Below the pieces are notes generated by a model. It ran no database searches and was not told the DNA's origin. It saw only the letters and a list, made by a program, of their open reading frames with translations. Below, one piece after another: positions 23,919-36,415 of a stretch of DNA of 64,000 nucleotides; position 1 is the first letter of the stretch, and the number at the start of each line of letters is the position of its first letter. Source of the DNA: Phoronis australis. Its lineage: Eukaryota; Animalia; Phoronida. A program made the translations under genes and the position numbers. The DNA is taken from positions 799,874-863,873 of the forward strand of contig NMRA01000016.1 in assembly GCA_002633005.1 (NCBI GenBank), in the 5' to 3' direction.

Positions 23919-25053
23919 CAAACCATTTAGCGCTATAAAATTGGTTTCAATTTGTCCCTTTTTCTGACGAATAGGGATTTACGGGTTTGCAAAGAACAGT
24001 TCGGCAATTCTCGAGACTAGGCTGCCAAAAGTTGATTTTTGTGATGGAAACGAGGCTTATATGCGCTTTAGTCATAAGAAACTGTCATTAGATTCCCTTT
24101 ACCACGGTATAGGAAGGGTTCGGCCAACTCTACGAAAATTGTTAGCTTCCTTGCCCTCTTGTGTACTTGCCTTTTTAGACGTTCGAGATCTTTGTTTCAC
24201 TGTCTGTACACATGTTAGACATATTCTGTGTGGTGGGCTACCTTGGTTTATGATTTAGGTATTAGAAAGCGAGTGAGGAGGGAATGTCTGATTTATCGGT
24301 TCTGCAGAGAAATGTTTCCAGAGACACGTATTTGAGCTTTGACATGTACACACCAATCCCTTGATCTTACGGCACTTGTCTTTTTCCTTCACACATCCAC
24401 CCATATGCCCCCAAGGCACAACACTCAGACTGAATGAAATATCCGGTATTAGTTTGGGAATTAGCACAAGGCAAGGCATACGTAACATACGTGTACCATA
24501 TCAAAAATGTTGTTGGCTACCTGGAATTCAATACGTATTGGCTTTTACAGAAGCTTAGCACTTGCTAAAAGTAAATTGCTTCTCAACTGGTGGCTAGAAC
24601 ATGGAAATCACGCAATAGGCTGATGAACTGTCCCAAAGTCTCCACTGGCTTTGTAGAATGGATATAGTTTCGGCAAACAATAGCTGGGCCACATCTACCA
24701 TAGTTACCGCTGCAAAGTAGCCGAGCAGCATTATCAAAATCGGTCACGTGGAAGCAAGAAAACCAGCGTTATACCCAAGATACCGAGCTTTTTGGGCCCA
24801 TTCATGAATTAGGCCAGCCCATTGCAAAGCCAACTTTTAGTTCCTTCGGCTCTCTTATTGTTTGAAGCATACACTTGTAGTTCACGTTCCGCAACAGGAT
24901 GAATGACAGTAAGCGCCAACGCAGGCGAATATTTGTGAGTTAAGCTGTCGTCCTCAAGTGAGATGTAGCTTAGCTCGTTGTTCGATGCGGGTTACCTCAC
25001 TTACCCACTCACAGCGAGGAAAATGCTCACTGACCTGTTATTTACGTTAGTTG

Positions 25054-25192
25054 CATGAGCGGCACGGCACTGAAAAATGTGGGCGGCTATAGCCCCCAGA
25101 CCCCCTGTGAGGCACCACCTTACAGACTATGAGCGGCACAGTCCTGAAATAAATATAGCCCCCCCCCAGACCCCTAAGGTGCGCCGCCCATG
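25054..25192 (-). mobile_element. Dimer of the ~70-bp CATGGGC...GCCCATG micro-MITE
   Basis: Reverse-orientation copy of the GGGGGCTATAGCCC/ACTTTTTCAGTGC element. Confidence 0.65.
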
Positions 25193-26465
25193 CATTGACA
25201 ATAAACTGCGTAAATTTAGTGTGTATGCGGAATGATCCAACGAGAGCGATTTGTTGTTGTCACGTGAGGAAATGACCAATATTCTTTGGTTTTTGAAGGT
25301 AATTACTTAGCTCACCTAACCCGCATGTTGTGAGAAATTGCAATCCAGCGCCTGGTAAAAACAACCAAGAAGTTGAGCCTTAGTTCGTCTTTGCTGCGTT
25401 GAGAGGCAAGATCGTCACGGTTTATTTTGCGGCAGATGTGAGTGATCCAGGAGCCGCCAGCTCATTTGCATTAGAGACGGGTAGCTCTCCGTTTGCGGTG
25501 GCCCCGTGGGCTTAGCTCACAATTAGTGGGAACTCTGCTTCCAGGCAGTTTGACTACATTTGAAATTTTTTGGCGTTATTTTTATTGTGTAACATTTTAG
25601 TTCATAATTATTCTGATGTTGCATATTGTAGTTGTTTTGGGCAACGTTTATTCCCTTTCAAACACACTTCGCCCAGTCAAATAGATGGCCTTGTCATCCA
25701 ATCCTTCTTAAACGAATCTTAATTCTGACTTTCTAACACTCACTAATAACTGTTGAGATCACGTGCAAATTGGTCTTTAAAGAAACACCTTTTTCTATCC
25801 ACGGCATTTGAGATTGTTTCGACAAACCTCACGTACGTGTATACCTAGGTAACAGAGTGCGTTTCAAAACGTAAAACAGAAAAATCGTTTGAAACAAGGA
25901 AGTAAAAGCTCCGAAGGTCGTATCACGGCTGATCTATATCAGGCAGCACTTACGGAACCATTAACATTGTTATTGCTGCACTTCACTTACAGTACACTCA
26001 GACGGGTTTCCAATAATTTATGATACCAGCAGCGCTCTGGAAATATATCTAATAACGAATACGCTTTCACGTCTACTGAAAGCAGACTGGCGTAAACGCA
26101 TACTGTGGACATGCACGTGCATATTTACTTTTGGAAAGATTTGGAACCGTCCTGTAACCTACATACGGGTATTGCACGTTGAAGGCAAAAAGCAAAAAAA
26201 AAAAACACTGAAGCGGATGTCCTTGGCCTTGACGGTAACTGCGAGATGTTTCATATTGATCGAGGTACTTTACTTGGATGGCATCTGTTGAATTTTAATT
26301 GCAAAAAGCAGGCAAGCAGAAATTAGTTATCGAGCCACCTCTGCAGACATTCGCTAAGGGCCTGGATTCAAAGTCGAAGTTCAACTGACACTGATCAACG
26401 ACGCAAGTTGCTTGCAAGAAGTGGGAATATCGCAGTCGTTCTTGATTATTGCACAAATATTGAGC

Positions 26466-26536
26466 CATGGGCGGTGCACCGCAGGGGGACTGGAGGGGCT
26501 ATAGCCCTCACTTTTTTCAGTGCTGCGCAGCCCATG
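26466..26536 (+). mobile_element. ~70-bp CATGGGC...GCCCATG micro-MITE (monomer)
   Basis: CATGGGCGGTGCAC...GGGGCTATAGCCC..ACTTTTTTCAGTGCTGCGCAGCCCATG; no clear TSD. Confidence 0.7.
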
Positions 26537-26909
26537 GTAAAATTGTAGTTTGTTGTAGACCATCCGTATTTTTGTTAACCAATTATCCCTTTGTGATATC
26601 AACAGGTTGAATTCAAGTATTGTAAATTTCCTCTTTAGACCACGAGACTAATTAGGCTACACTGTTTCCTTGGCTATTCACAACTCCATTGCGTGTTTAA
26701 TCAGCACGCATTGTCCTTAGTAAAGTGTCTTGCAATGTTTGTGCTTGGTAATAGAATTAGTAATTAGACGAGTTAATGACCAGGTCGTAGATGTTCGCGT
26801 CTCGTTAGAATCGTTATATACTCTCTATGGGTCAATTTTTACTATTAATAGGTGAGAGTTCAGAGCGCGAGAAAGTGGTAGTGATTTCCATTGCTTCCAT
26901 ATCCTGTTG

Positions 26910-27052
26910 CATGGGCGGCGCACCACAGGGGGCTGGGGGCTATAGCCCCCCACTTTTTTCAGTGCTACGCCTCACATGGTCTATAGGCGGTGCACCAAAG
27001 GGGCTGGGGGTGCTTTTGCTTCCACTTTTTTCAGCCTGCTGCGCTGCCCATG
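26910..27052 (+). mobile_element. Dimer of the CATGGGC micro-MITE with 5-bp TSD (hAT5-like)
   Basis: Flanked by TGTTG (26905-26909 and 27053-27057); two internal units. Confidence 0.75.
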
Positions 27053-27274
27053 TGTTGGTACTGTTGGTAAATGGTGACCTCCCAGCCGACTATAAATACT
27101 CCAATTGCGACGGCACGACCCTTTAGGCGATGTGTGCCGATCGATGTGACGAGACGTAATTACACGTTGAATTTTAATTTATATTCTCATGCACAGCACA
27201 CTTTCAGGCGGACGTGCCTTTCTTTAAGCTTGCGAAATTTAACAAACCGCATTACCACGTGATGTTTCTTCACA

Positions 27275-27810
27275 TTTTCAGCGCCCACACCTTGGGATCG
27301 TATTCTTCTATCCGTGCCAGTCTGTCCATCCATCCGGCGTCCACAGCTGTATCCCCCCAAACCCCTTGAAAATGTTCATAAATGTTTGCTAGATTTCCTT
27401 ACAGGTGATTGGAACGGCATCAGTGAATTTCGGAATTATCCGACTACCGATATGCCCCCTAGTGACAATTTTATTTTTTTTCTACCATAGCCTCTATATA
27501 TTCGGATGTTCATGAAATTTGGCAAACAGGAATCTAATAGGGCGACGATGACACCTTCACGTGCTTGGATGAATTCGACATTCTGTATCAGCTATAGCGT
27601 CCCCTAGTGGCAGTTTCTGCGTCTGATGAAGAATGTCCTAAACCGGCACAGGGTCTTTGTTAAATTTGGTACATGTATTTCTATGAAAGTAATTATAAAG
27701 TCGACAACTTTCGGACGGATCCGACTACCTTGGTGGAAACTTTTCCGTTCCCGTCAGTATATCTTTGGAGTTCTTTGACGGATTTTCATGAAATTTGGCT
27801 GGTATTACGC
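27275..27810 (+). mobile_element. HINE-like (Helentron-associated) element with ~140-bp tandem units
   Basis: TTTTCAGCGCCCAC start, TCTGTCCATCCATCCG microsatellite-like tract, CTGTATC..AAACCCCTTG, and recurring CATGAAATTTGG and CCCCTAGTGG units. Confidence 0.7.
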
Positions 27811-30800
27811 TCTTGTTTCAGATTACGCCGTTCTCCAGCAATTATCGTGTTTTCTCCGTGCAGGTTTCGCGCGATATTTAATCGCCTTGGCTCATGTAAC
27901 TGCATGAACACGATAAATTTTCCCACTTTCTGTGCATAGGCCTACTCATACTGCCACCTAAAAATACCGTGAGTATCTAGTGCTCGCTAGGTGTTGCAGG
28001 ATTCAGTCCCTCCAGGTGAGTTACAGAGTTTCAGACCGCTGATACTGCAAAACGCATGCCAGAACCAAAGTAACGAATGCATTATCCTACCGACTACAGT
28101 ACACAATTCGACATGACGTAGGCCTACCTATTCAGCTTGTGTGCGTTCTAAAGCATCACGGATAGATGTATTAAAAACATCTCACGGTACAATTGAGACA
28201 TGACAATAAAAAACTAACACGTCCCGGCATTCTTCTTGAACACTCTTTGCACAGCGGCTCTCATTCACCATATTGCAACTTTCTATCTATTTCCAAAGTC
28301 AACTGATAACTCTCTACTAGCACAGTATACTCGCGTTGTACATGTATACGCAAGGACTCCTGAATGAACTAAACAAACGCTTGCGATAGGCGTGGATTTC
28401 CTTTTACTTTCAGTCTTTCAAACAGTGTCGAATACCGGCCTCAGTCACAAAACGTTAAACTAGGATACTATTATATTTTAACAATCCTAAATTTGTCTGT
28501 GGAATGCAGATACGTAAGTTTGAGCGCACGTATGTGAGTAGGCGATTTAACCCTTTTATTGCGAACAATTGTCCATTTATCAGTGTACAGTCAGGTCATA
28601 GCCTGTCGTCTCTATGCAACTGTCTCATAAATCAAGGTTGCAAGGAATTTCACGAAATTTGTAAAACAATTGCGTTTTCTCCTTAATGTTGAAAAAGGGC
28701 AGTGCCCCCAGTTAACTTTTAATTAACCACGCGCGCCTTGAACTGAATGAAGTTATAGCGTTGGTCTCTCAGGACGGTTGCAAACATCGTAGAGAGAAAA
28801 CAAGCTATAGCTGTGAAGTAGCTTTGGAGAAACGGGATCCTGTAGCAATAAACTTATATGGAAATTCGCTACAAAAAGTTCGCATTTCAGATATGTTTGA
28901 GAAAGTCAACGTACATGTAAGGTTAGTACTTCAGTGCAGGGTCAAATTTGTTTATGTTTATCAATAGTTTCCTTTCGACAAATCAGACTTGTACTACAAT
29001 TTCAGTTCTGTTTGTAAACAAATGATCAATTAGTATGATTTTGCCTGTGCCCGCGGCCAACACAAATTAAACACAGTTGAGTAGTGTAAACGTGCATGAA
29101 AACAACATCTAAATTTCATCTTACATATAGAATTTATACATTAATTGGTCAACATTTTTAAATTCGGGACAGTGCCACAATTTCCGAAGGACCATTACAT
29201 GAACGTCCCCAGTCCGCAAAAGCACGGCTGCGACATCTGTAATCTTTTTGGCCATGTCCGAAAGGGGTGAGCCCGATCTCCCCACCTCAATCCCTCGGTC
29301 GCCTTCTCTTTCAGAAGTATCACGCATGCTGGTGAAGCAAATGACGGGAAATGAAAGTTACAGTCAGGAAATATAATTAGTAAATTAGCTTTGCACACGA
29401 AGGCTGATGATTGAGCGTTGCTCTGACATGTCATTTTTGTCATACGCGTATCGTTTGACGACCTCAAACTCTCTACCACACAGGGACGAGTGGGTGACTT
29501 TGCATCCACCTTTGCGCAGAGCGGCGATTAATTAGTGATGAACTGGGTCAAGACTATTCAGACAAAGCAAGCGCTGTGATTAATTAGGGCCGTACGAGTC
29601 CAAAGGAAAGCTGGAATTACCTGAAAACCCGGGGGGCTACTTCCTTCCATAAGGGCTCTCTCAGATGAATGACTTCTTCATCACCTGTTTGTCCTTACGA
29701 AAGGATGTCTTTTCCTACAAAAGTCGCCTTCTCCAATTTAATCCTCTGTCACAGGGTTCTCTTTGGGAGTTCGAAACTCTACGAAAAGTTGGTATTTCCA
29801 ACTACAAAAATCTACAGACTTTGGTTACAAAAGAAGTGTAATCACTCTGGCAACACGATATCTCTTCGCGTACTGTTTCAAATGACACGTTAACAAGATA
29901 GCTGTCCAAACAACCCTACAAAAGGTCAGAATTATGATAAATTAACCCACACAAAATGGCGACTTTTTCATGGAAGCTCCCTGTGATGAATAAGTACCCG
30001 TTTTCGAGTCCCAAATAGATGGGAAGGATACCCAGTTCCAGCTGCACCTCCGCCAAGAACGCACATAGTCAACTACCTCCCCCCGAAAGATAGCCGATAA
30101 AGCTTCTACTTGTTAACTGCGGGTCATTAAGTAATAATAGAATGAAGAATGAAGACGAAGGTGACTTCTCGGCAATTTCATAATGAAGTGAAATCTCGAA
30201 TGTTATTTCACAATGTCGCCTGGAAACTTTCATAAGCTGGTTTATCAAAGCGATTAATTACGGAGCAGAGTACGTATAGTGGAGTACATAAACGGTCAGA
30301 GGTTATTTTTACTAACGACACTAGTTTTAGTTCATATTGTGTTCAAATACTCACTGTTCTACTGCTCAGACATCAGAAATATTTATTGTATATAGTATAT
30401 AGGCCTTGATCCCATTATACAATTTGTAATACAACTTTATAATGATAAAAGTTCAGTTTTTCTGCTGCTCTTGAAATACATTTACAGAGCGCCAGGCGTT
30501 TTAGTTCACGACGATCATAACGTAAAAGTAAACTAACTACTCTTCCATCATCTATCCGATTTTCGTCCACAAATTTCGCCTCACATCACGCAGGACGGGA
30601 CAGTGACATCAAGTGAAGCTCATTTTCATGCTGACCAGTGTTGTAATTTCCACACATTCTTTCACTCTTAGGTATACCTGCCTGTCGACCAGTTTCAATA
30701 TACGTGAAGTTTGCGCATCGAGCTCCTAAATCGAGGAAGTATTTTCCTCAGATGGGGATCTAAACGTACAGGTATTTCTCACGCTGCTACTCATTATGTC

Positions 30801-32040
30801 GGACACGTTTCGCCCTGTTTAGCATACCTGAGAACATAAATTGAATTAGGCTTATGACTTTAGTAAATTCGGTGTCGTAATATTCTTTTTTCGTTACCAA
30901 CAAATGGAAATCATCGCTACTCAAGAAAACGCGTCAGAGTTTGTAGGCCTTGATAAACCCTAAAATTGCGAATTGGTGCACACCTGTGCCGGACTTAAGA
31001 GTCCTAACACAGTAAGCAATATTTTTAGCTAGCTAAACAAGGAGAGAGGTAGCTTTGAAATACGGATGGATAGGGTTTTGGTAGTGCCACTTGCGATATC
31101 TTCGCTGACCCCAGCAATACCTTTGACGTCTGAAAATTTCAGGAAGGGTCAAGCTAACTTCGCATTTTACAACGACGCTCTTTTTTACCAAATTTAAATT
31201 GGCGAGTAAGAAAAGGGCTTTAGAAAGCTACACTCTTGATCGTAGTTTTGCTTAGTACGTCGGCAACATTAAAAGTCGCTACAAATGAATTCAACTATAT
31301 TTTCTCACAAAAGTCACAATCAGTAGATGGCAATTTAGTTTTAGCTTCAAATGGAGTGCACGAGAACAAGAGTGAGAAGACCGTGACAGATTTCTCTCAC
31401 GCCTGCGTTCTGGTTACGCTCCGGTCTGGCTAGCCGTGAGGCAGCCCGGACGTAGTCTAATAATTCAGTGGCTGTGTACTGTAGGTCTGTAGAATTATGA
31501 ATGTGTCCTGTCACAACAAAGGCAAACCGTCTGTTCTGGGGGCCTGTTTCAGAAATTTAGTATTGGGATCCACAGCTATTTTTGAAAAATAATTAAATAT
31601 CACTTGAGAAAAAATACAAAGTCCCTGGGAACATATTTCTAGACTGTGATGCGCTCATAGTTGCTTGGTTAAACTTTTTTCAGCCACTGTGTAGAACAAA
31701 TTTCTGTCTCGAGTCTTACGTCACTTTCATGAAGCGGACCCCTGGGTATTTTAACCTGCTCGTGAGCCGTTTTCTGAAAACATTGCACGTGAATAAAACC
31801 GAGGACAACTACATACATGTATGCATCTACTATGCGTGTATAATTGTGCGTATGTATGCATGTATGTATAGTTCCACTCGTTCGTTTTCTAAAAACACGA
31901 AATAAAAATTCGTCTGCAGCAGCCGTTTTGTGACCTCACATTCAAAGTTTTCAAAGAGAAATGCATTGGAGAAGTAACAGACACACTTCCGAGTGGGAAA
32001 TACGGAGGCACGCTTTCGTTTATGAAAGGACGAAAATTAA

Positions 32041-32760
32041 AGGACACTTGACCCTGTTTTAGCGTAATTATTAAATTTTACAATTACGATTTGATCGCTT
32101 ATAAATATTTGAAACGACACAATGCCCTGCACAGTAGATAGAGTTTGAAAACACCTTGCTTGCAACGTGACGTCTCAGTGTTATTTAGGGAAGCGTCAGT
32201 GACCGTAATGCTTGGGGTGAGCTCAACGACTGCCCTAATAGTCTAATAGACAACATGGACTACTCTGCGCTGAGACACAAGGAAGTGTCTTCACCAGAGC
32301 AAAGCTTTCGACTCTCAGGTAGAGGTGATCGTCAAAGGGTGAATGCCTATTTCACGAAAAGTGGCGAAAGGACTTCGAGCGGCAACGAATCCGCGTTCCT
32401 TCCTGAGAAGCGAACTTTTGATGTAAAACAGTTCACTACTACTATACTTACTGATCAGATGAGACGTGATTTCTGGGTTGCAAAGAACTAACAGACGGTC
32501 ATTCCTTGAAAGTAGTACAGTGTTCGGTGCTCCACTTGGCACCGGATGTGATGAAGCCAAACCAGTGTAGCGCATGGTCTACCGCAATTGTCAAGAATCC
32601 TTCAAAACTATGAATAAAGTCGAGACGAATTTCCTAACGGTAAGCTTTCTATATCAAAACATTGTTTTTGTGATGGAAAGCGGAATCGTTACAGCCTTAG
32701 GATATAAATTTTATCTCATTCTATGGCCTGCCATATCGCCATCACTGAAAGAAGTTTTTA
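32041..32760 (+). mobile_element. Second Kolobok-like element (different family), decayed, with a THAP-like relic
   Basis: Starts TTAA|AGGACACTTGACCC. Internal frameshifted peptide traces RQ(R/W)VNA, SE(H)FDVKQF and RRSFLESSTV resemble a THAP C-terminal half. The right end was not found. Confidence 0.45.
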
Positions 32761-33957
32761 CGAATGTAAACATTAGGAAATCACATTTCAATGAACAATA
32801 TACAAATTACACGAATAATTACCAATCAAGAAAACATTCTCAGATTCATAGCTTGCTGAACTGAGATTGTGTTCTATTTCGGAAATACTGTGCCACGGAG
32901 AGCAAGATGAAATTGGCAATAAACCCGCGCCAGGAGTGCGTTAACGCCAGGGGTACGGGGGAACACAGTGCATGAATCATTGTCTTCTCGCATCTCCCTT
33001 TCCGTACACAACCTTTTAACAAAAGTGTTCAATCAGCTATTTTAATTTCTCATTCAAGATGTCACAGTTACCCCAGCGAGCCCAGATCTGTCCGCCGCGG
33101 TTTCCGTCCTATAACTCCTCCGATCTACTATCAACATAACCTTTGCCACACAGAAAATTACCCACCGTATATATATATACTCAACGTCACATTCTATTCA
33201 ATCAGTTGGCTACAACTCGAAAGTACAAGTTTATTTAACAAAGAAACTTACTCGCTTTTGTAATACCAAAACACATACGCCTCGAGTCTATTTGTCAACT
33301 TGGGATATAGTTGTGAGAAAACTACATTTGCATATCGTAAGACGAGCCAAAAATGGGTAAATGACGCGCACAGGTATTTTGCTAAGAGTACCTGTTTGAT
33401 TGTTTGATATTTACATTGACTTTTTACCAGCTTCAGTTTGATTTAGGCAAGGGGAGCCAATTATGAACAGCACCAGTACGTACAAAAAGAATGCTTTCAA
33501 ATTAAATGGACATTTCTAGGCTTTAGAGCCGTATGTTGAATTCTTCGGAGCGTTTTTGGATTTAAAAACACAACCACGATCATCCGATCTTGGAACAGTT
33601 GCGGAATGAGCCGGCAATAGAAAACAATGCAAACATGCGCAATGTTTAAATTCCCAATTTTCGGGTTGGCCAACCCCAAATGCTCTGAAGCGCTTTCTTA
33701 AGTAATTGATGGTTTCTATGTTCTTGTTCTTGTTAATAAGGGAAATAGAATCCAAACACGGTATGATGAGACGGATGTGAGAGTAAGGCCTTATTCGATT
33801 TTTTCGTCGGCCAAAGAGCGAAATGTAGCAATAAAAATCTAGGGCCCGCCGTTCATCTTCTCGAGACAGAACAAGACTTGTTATCGGCATTTTTATTTTC
33901 TCCCTTTGTGTGAACTCAGTCAAGATGGGTGTGTTTTATTCTATGCTAGAGTAAATA

Positions 33958-34082
33958 AGGGAGGAGATGCCCGCCTTCTTTACTCGAGGTCGTGGGTCAG
34001 TCGAGTCCCACTGGGCCACACTGCTAGGCACTTGAGTTAGGTTTCTAGCTCCTCAGCTCGGTTTAAACTATATATTAATAAA
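33958..34082 (+). mobile_element. tRNA-derived SINE fragment
   Basis: TTCTTTACTCGAGGTCGTGGGT(CAG)TCGAGTCCCACT...GGTTTCTAGCTCCTCAGCTC...ATATATTAATAAA, homologous to the minus-strand copy at 56581-56719. Confidence 0.7.
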
Positions 34083-35351
34083 GCACAAAAATAGTTCCAG
34101 GTGATTAGTGCAATAGGCCCACATGCGCGGCCTGCATACGTTTGGTACAACGTGTATCAGACCGCCTGCAATTGTGTTTTTTTTTAAACAAGGGCTTACG
34201 TTGATAACTGTCTAATACTAGTTTGCACCTAACGACCCCATCATTACGACTAAAAGTTTGAGCCTGAAATCGAAATTTCGAGTCTCTACTCGTTTTTAGG
34301 TCGAATCTTGGAGTCATCAAATGTGAACTTACTAGACTAGAAACTCATTTGTAGTAAACCACAAGAGCACAAAACAATAAACACATATATTGAGTGCGCA
34401 CAAAAGTGGACCGGAAAATGAGAAAAATAACGTCGAATGAGTTCGATTTCGAGTACACATTAGATCCCGGCCCTAGGTCTGCAGTAACTCGTACAGTGTA
34501 TCTGGCGAAAACAATATCATTTCTTACGTGCAGACACAATTCAGTGGCACCAGACTAGAGATCGAGTCATTTGGCAAGTCAACGAGTCATAAAACCACAT
34601 GGCTGTGAGACATTTGTAGATTTTTCAAACACCGTGACACGTAAAACTGACTTCATCGATATTAAACCACGTGCCCCCAAGCCCGCGGGGAGAACACGCG
34701 TGATAACGCAAACTCGAAACACGTACAGGAATCAAACACGCGTACACGCACAAATGTTTGCCACTCAAACTGAGCGCGTATTGCAGTCGCACTTCCGTAT
34801 AGCGACAACATGTCGTAATGCGTAAAGTATGAATCAAAACTAGTGGAAAATTACTGAGAAATTTCCCGAGGTTTCGATTAATAATTGTTTTAAACTTAAA
34901 AGAATTTTTCTGCACGAGTGGCTATGTTCGTATAACATAATCGAGATTAAATCCATCGGCTTTTGTACATGTATGTCAACTGAGGCGGGGCGATTAGGAC
35001 ACGAAATTGGAGACGACGGTACGGGGTGGGGGCAAAACTCAACTGATGACTTCGGAAAATTGTGAAATTTATTGGGCCGACTGAAAGTGATGGAAGCCGA
35101 GTAGGCGCAGTGTATGATGGTACATAGTACTTGAAAGTGATTAGCTAGCAACTGCTTCAATTCTTTTTCAAAGTGAAATAGGATCCCCTGTGGAAATGAC
35201 ACGGTTCGTCATCCACATGAGCTATAGAGTGACATACAACCGGGCCAACCGCAACACAATACACACAAACAAAAACCCTGGACACCAACTGCGAGCTCAT
35301 TCACACAACCAAAAAAATTATCAACAATACCAATGACATGTACAATTTCAT

Positions 35352-35688
35352 TTTATTAGGTCAAAATTTTAAAAGGCATGTACATTTCATATTAACATTT
35401 AGGTGATTCACAAAGGTGCACAGGTTTTTTAAAAGTATACTCAACACTATATTCAATGAATTCACCAGAAACTTAGTATCGTCACCTGTTAGTGCTGAAT
35501 TGCTGCATTCCGAGAAATAGAACAACGTTGAGGTAAAACAAATTCTTGCTCCACAAAGTTGATCATGTGGTTTGAGGTGAGCTGTCATTCCCCACCCATC
35601 TCGCTTCGGTTCCCAAAGAGACCATGGGCCATAGCTTCAGTCTTTTCATCCTATGATCATATCGGGGTGGGGGGGGGGCAACTTTATT
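35352..35688 (-). terminator. Candidate poly(A) signals for GEMIN8
   Basis: Minus-strand AATAAA at 35688-35683 and 35357-35352, downstream of the stop codon. Confidence 0.35.
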
Positions 35689-35805
35689 TNATTTGATGCT
35701 TGAAACTGGAGTCCTGCATTTCGAATTTTAGATCTCATGCTCTTTAAATATAACATTATTGACCAAGATGTTTTACTCTACCTCTCCTACTTACATTGTA
35801 CTTGC

Positions 35806-35961
35806 CAGGGGCGGATCCAGGATTTTGAGTTGGGGGGGGGCAAGGCAGAGTATTAGCCAGGATTTTGCCCGTCAGACATTCGCACCCCGAACTGCCAAAT
35901 GGAATCTGGGAGAATTTTAGGGGGGCCATGGCCCCCTTGCCCCCCTCTGAATCCGCTAGTG
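35806..35961 (+). mobile_element. hAT5-like MITE (CAGGGGCGGATCC type) with 5-bp TSD
   Basis: CAGGGGCGGATCCAG ... CTGAATCCGCTAGTG flanked by CTTGC on both sides (35801-35805, 35962-35966). An inverted copy lies at 45973-46136. Confidence 0.8.
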
Positions 35962-36415
35962 CTTGCCACATGGCATTTTACAAAAACAAGATGACCAAAG
36001 CAGCAACAGATAAATAGAGACATTTTTGACAGTATTCAATAGGTCATATTCATTAAGATACTGAATGACGAAAAAAATCGTTCTTAGTGAAATGTTCAAC
36101 TTTCCAGTTTCTGTTGATATTCATAACAAACATGGGCAAGCATCTGTGAAATGTTCTAGGGGTCATAGTTTCATGAAATGTAATGGTTAGTGACATCAAA
36201 AACATCAAAACAAAAATATCCGCCCACCTCAAATGGTCAAAGAAGTGGTTTTTTAGGCCTTCTGTTACCTACGACCAATTACCTAAAGGCGTCAGTCACG
36301 ACTGCAGAACAAATAGTCTTTGTGAAGGTTGATGAGCATTATAGAGAGTTATTTTGTTTCAAATATTAAAATCATCTTATCATTAGTATTGATAACAGAA
36401 CAAAACTTGCAACTC

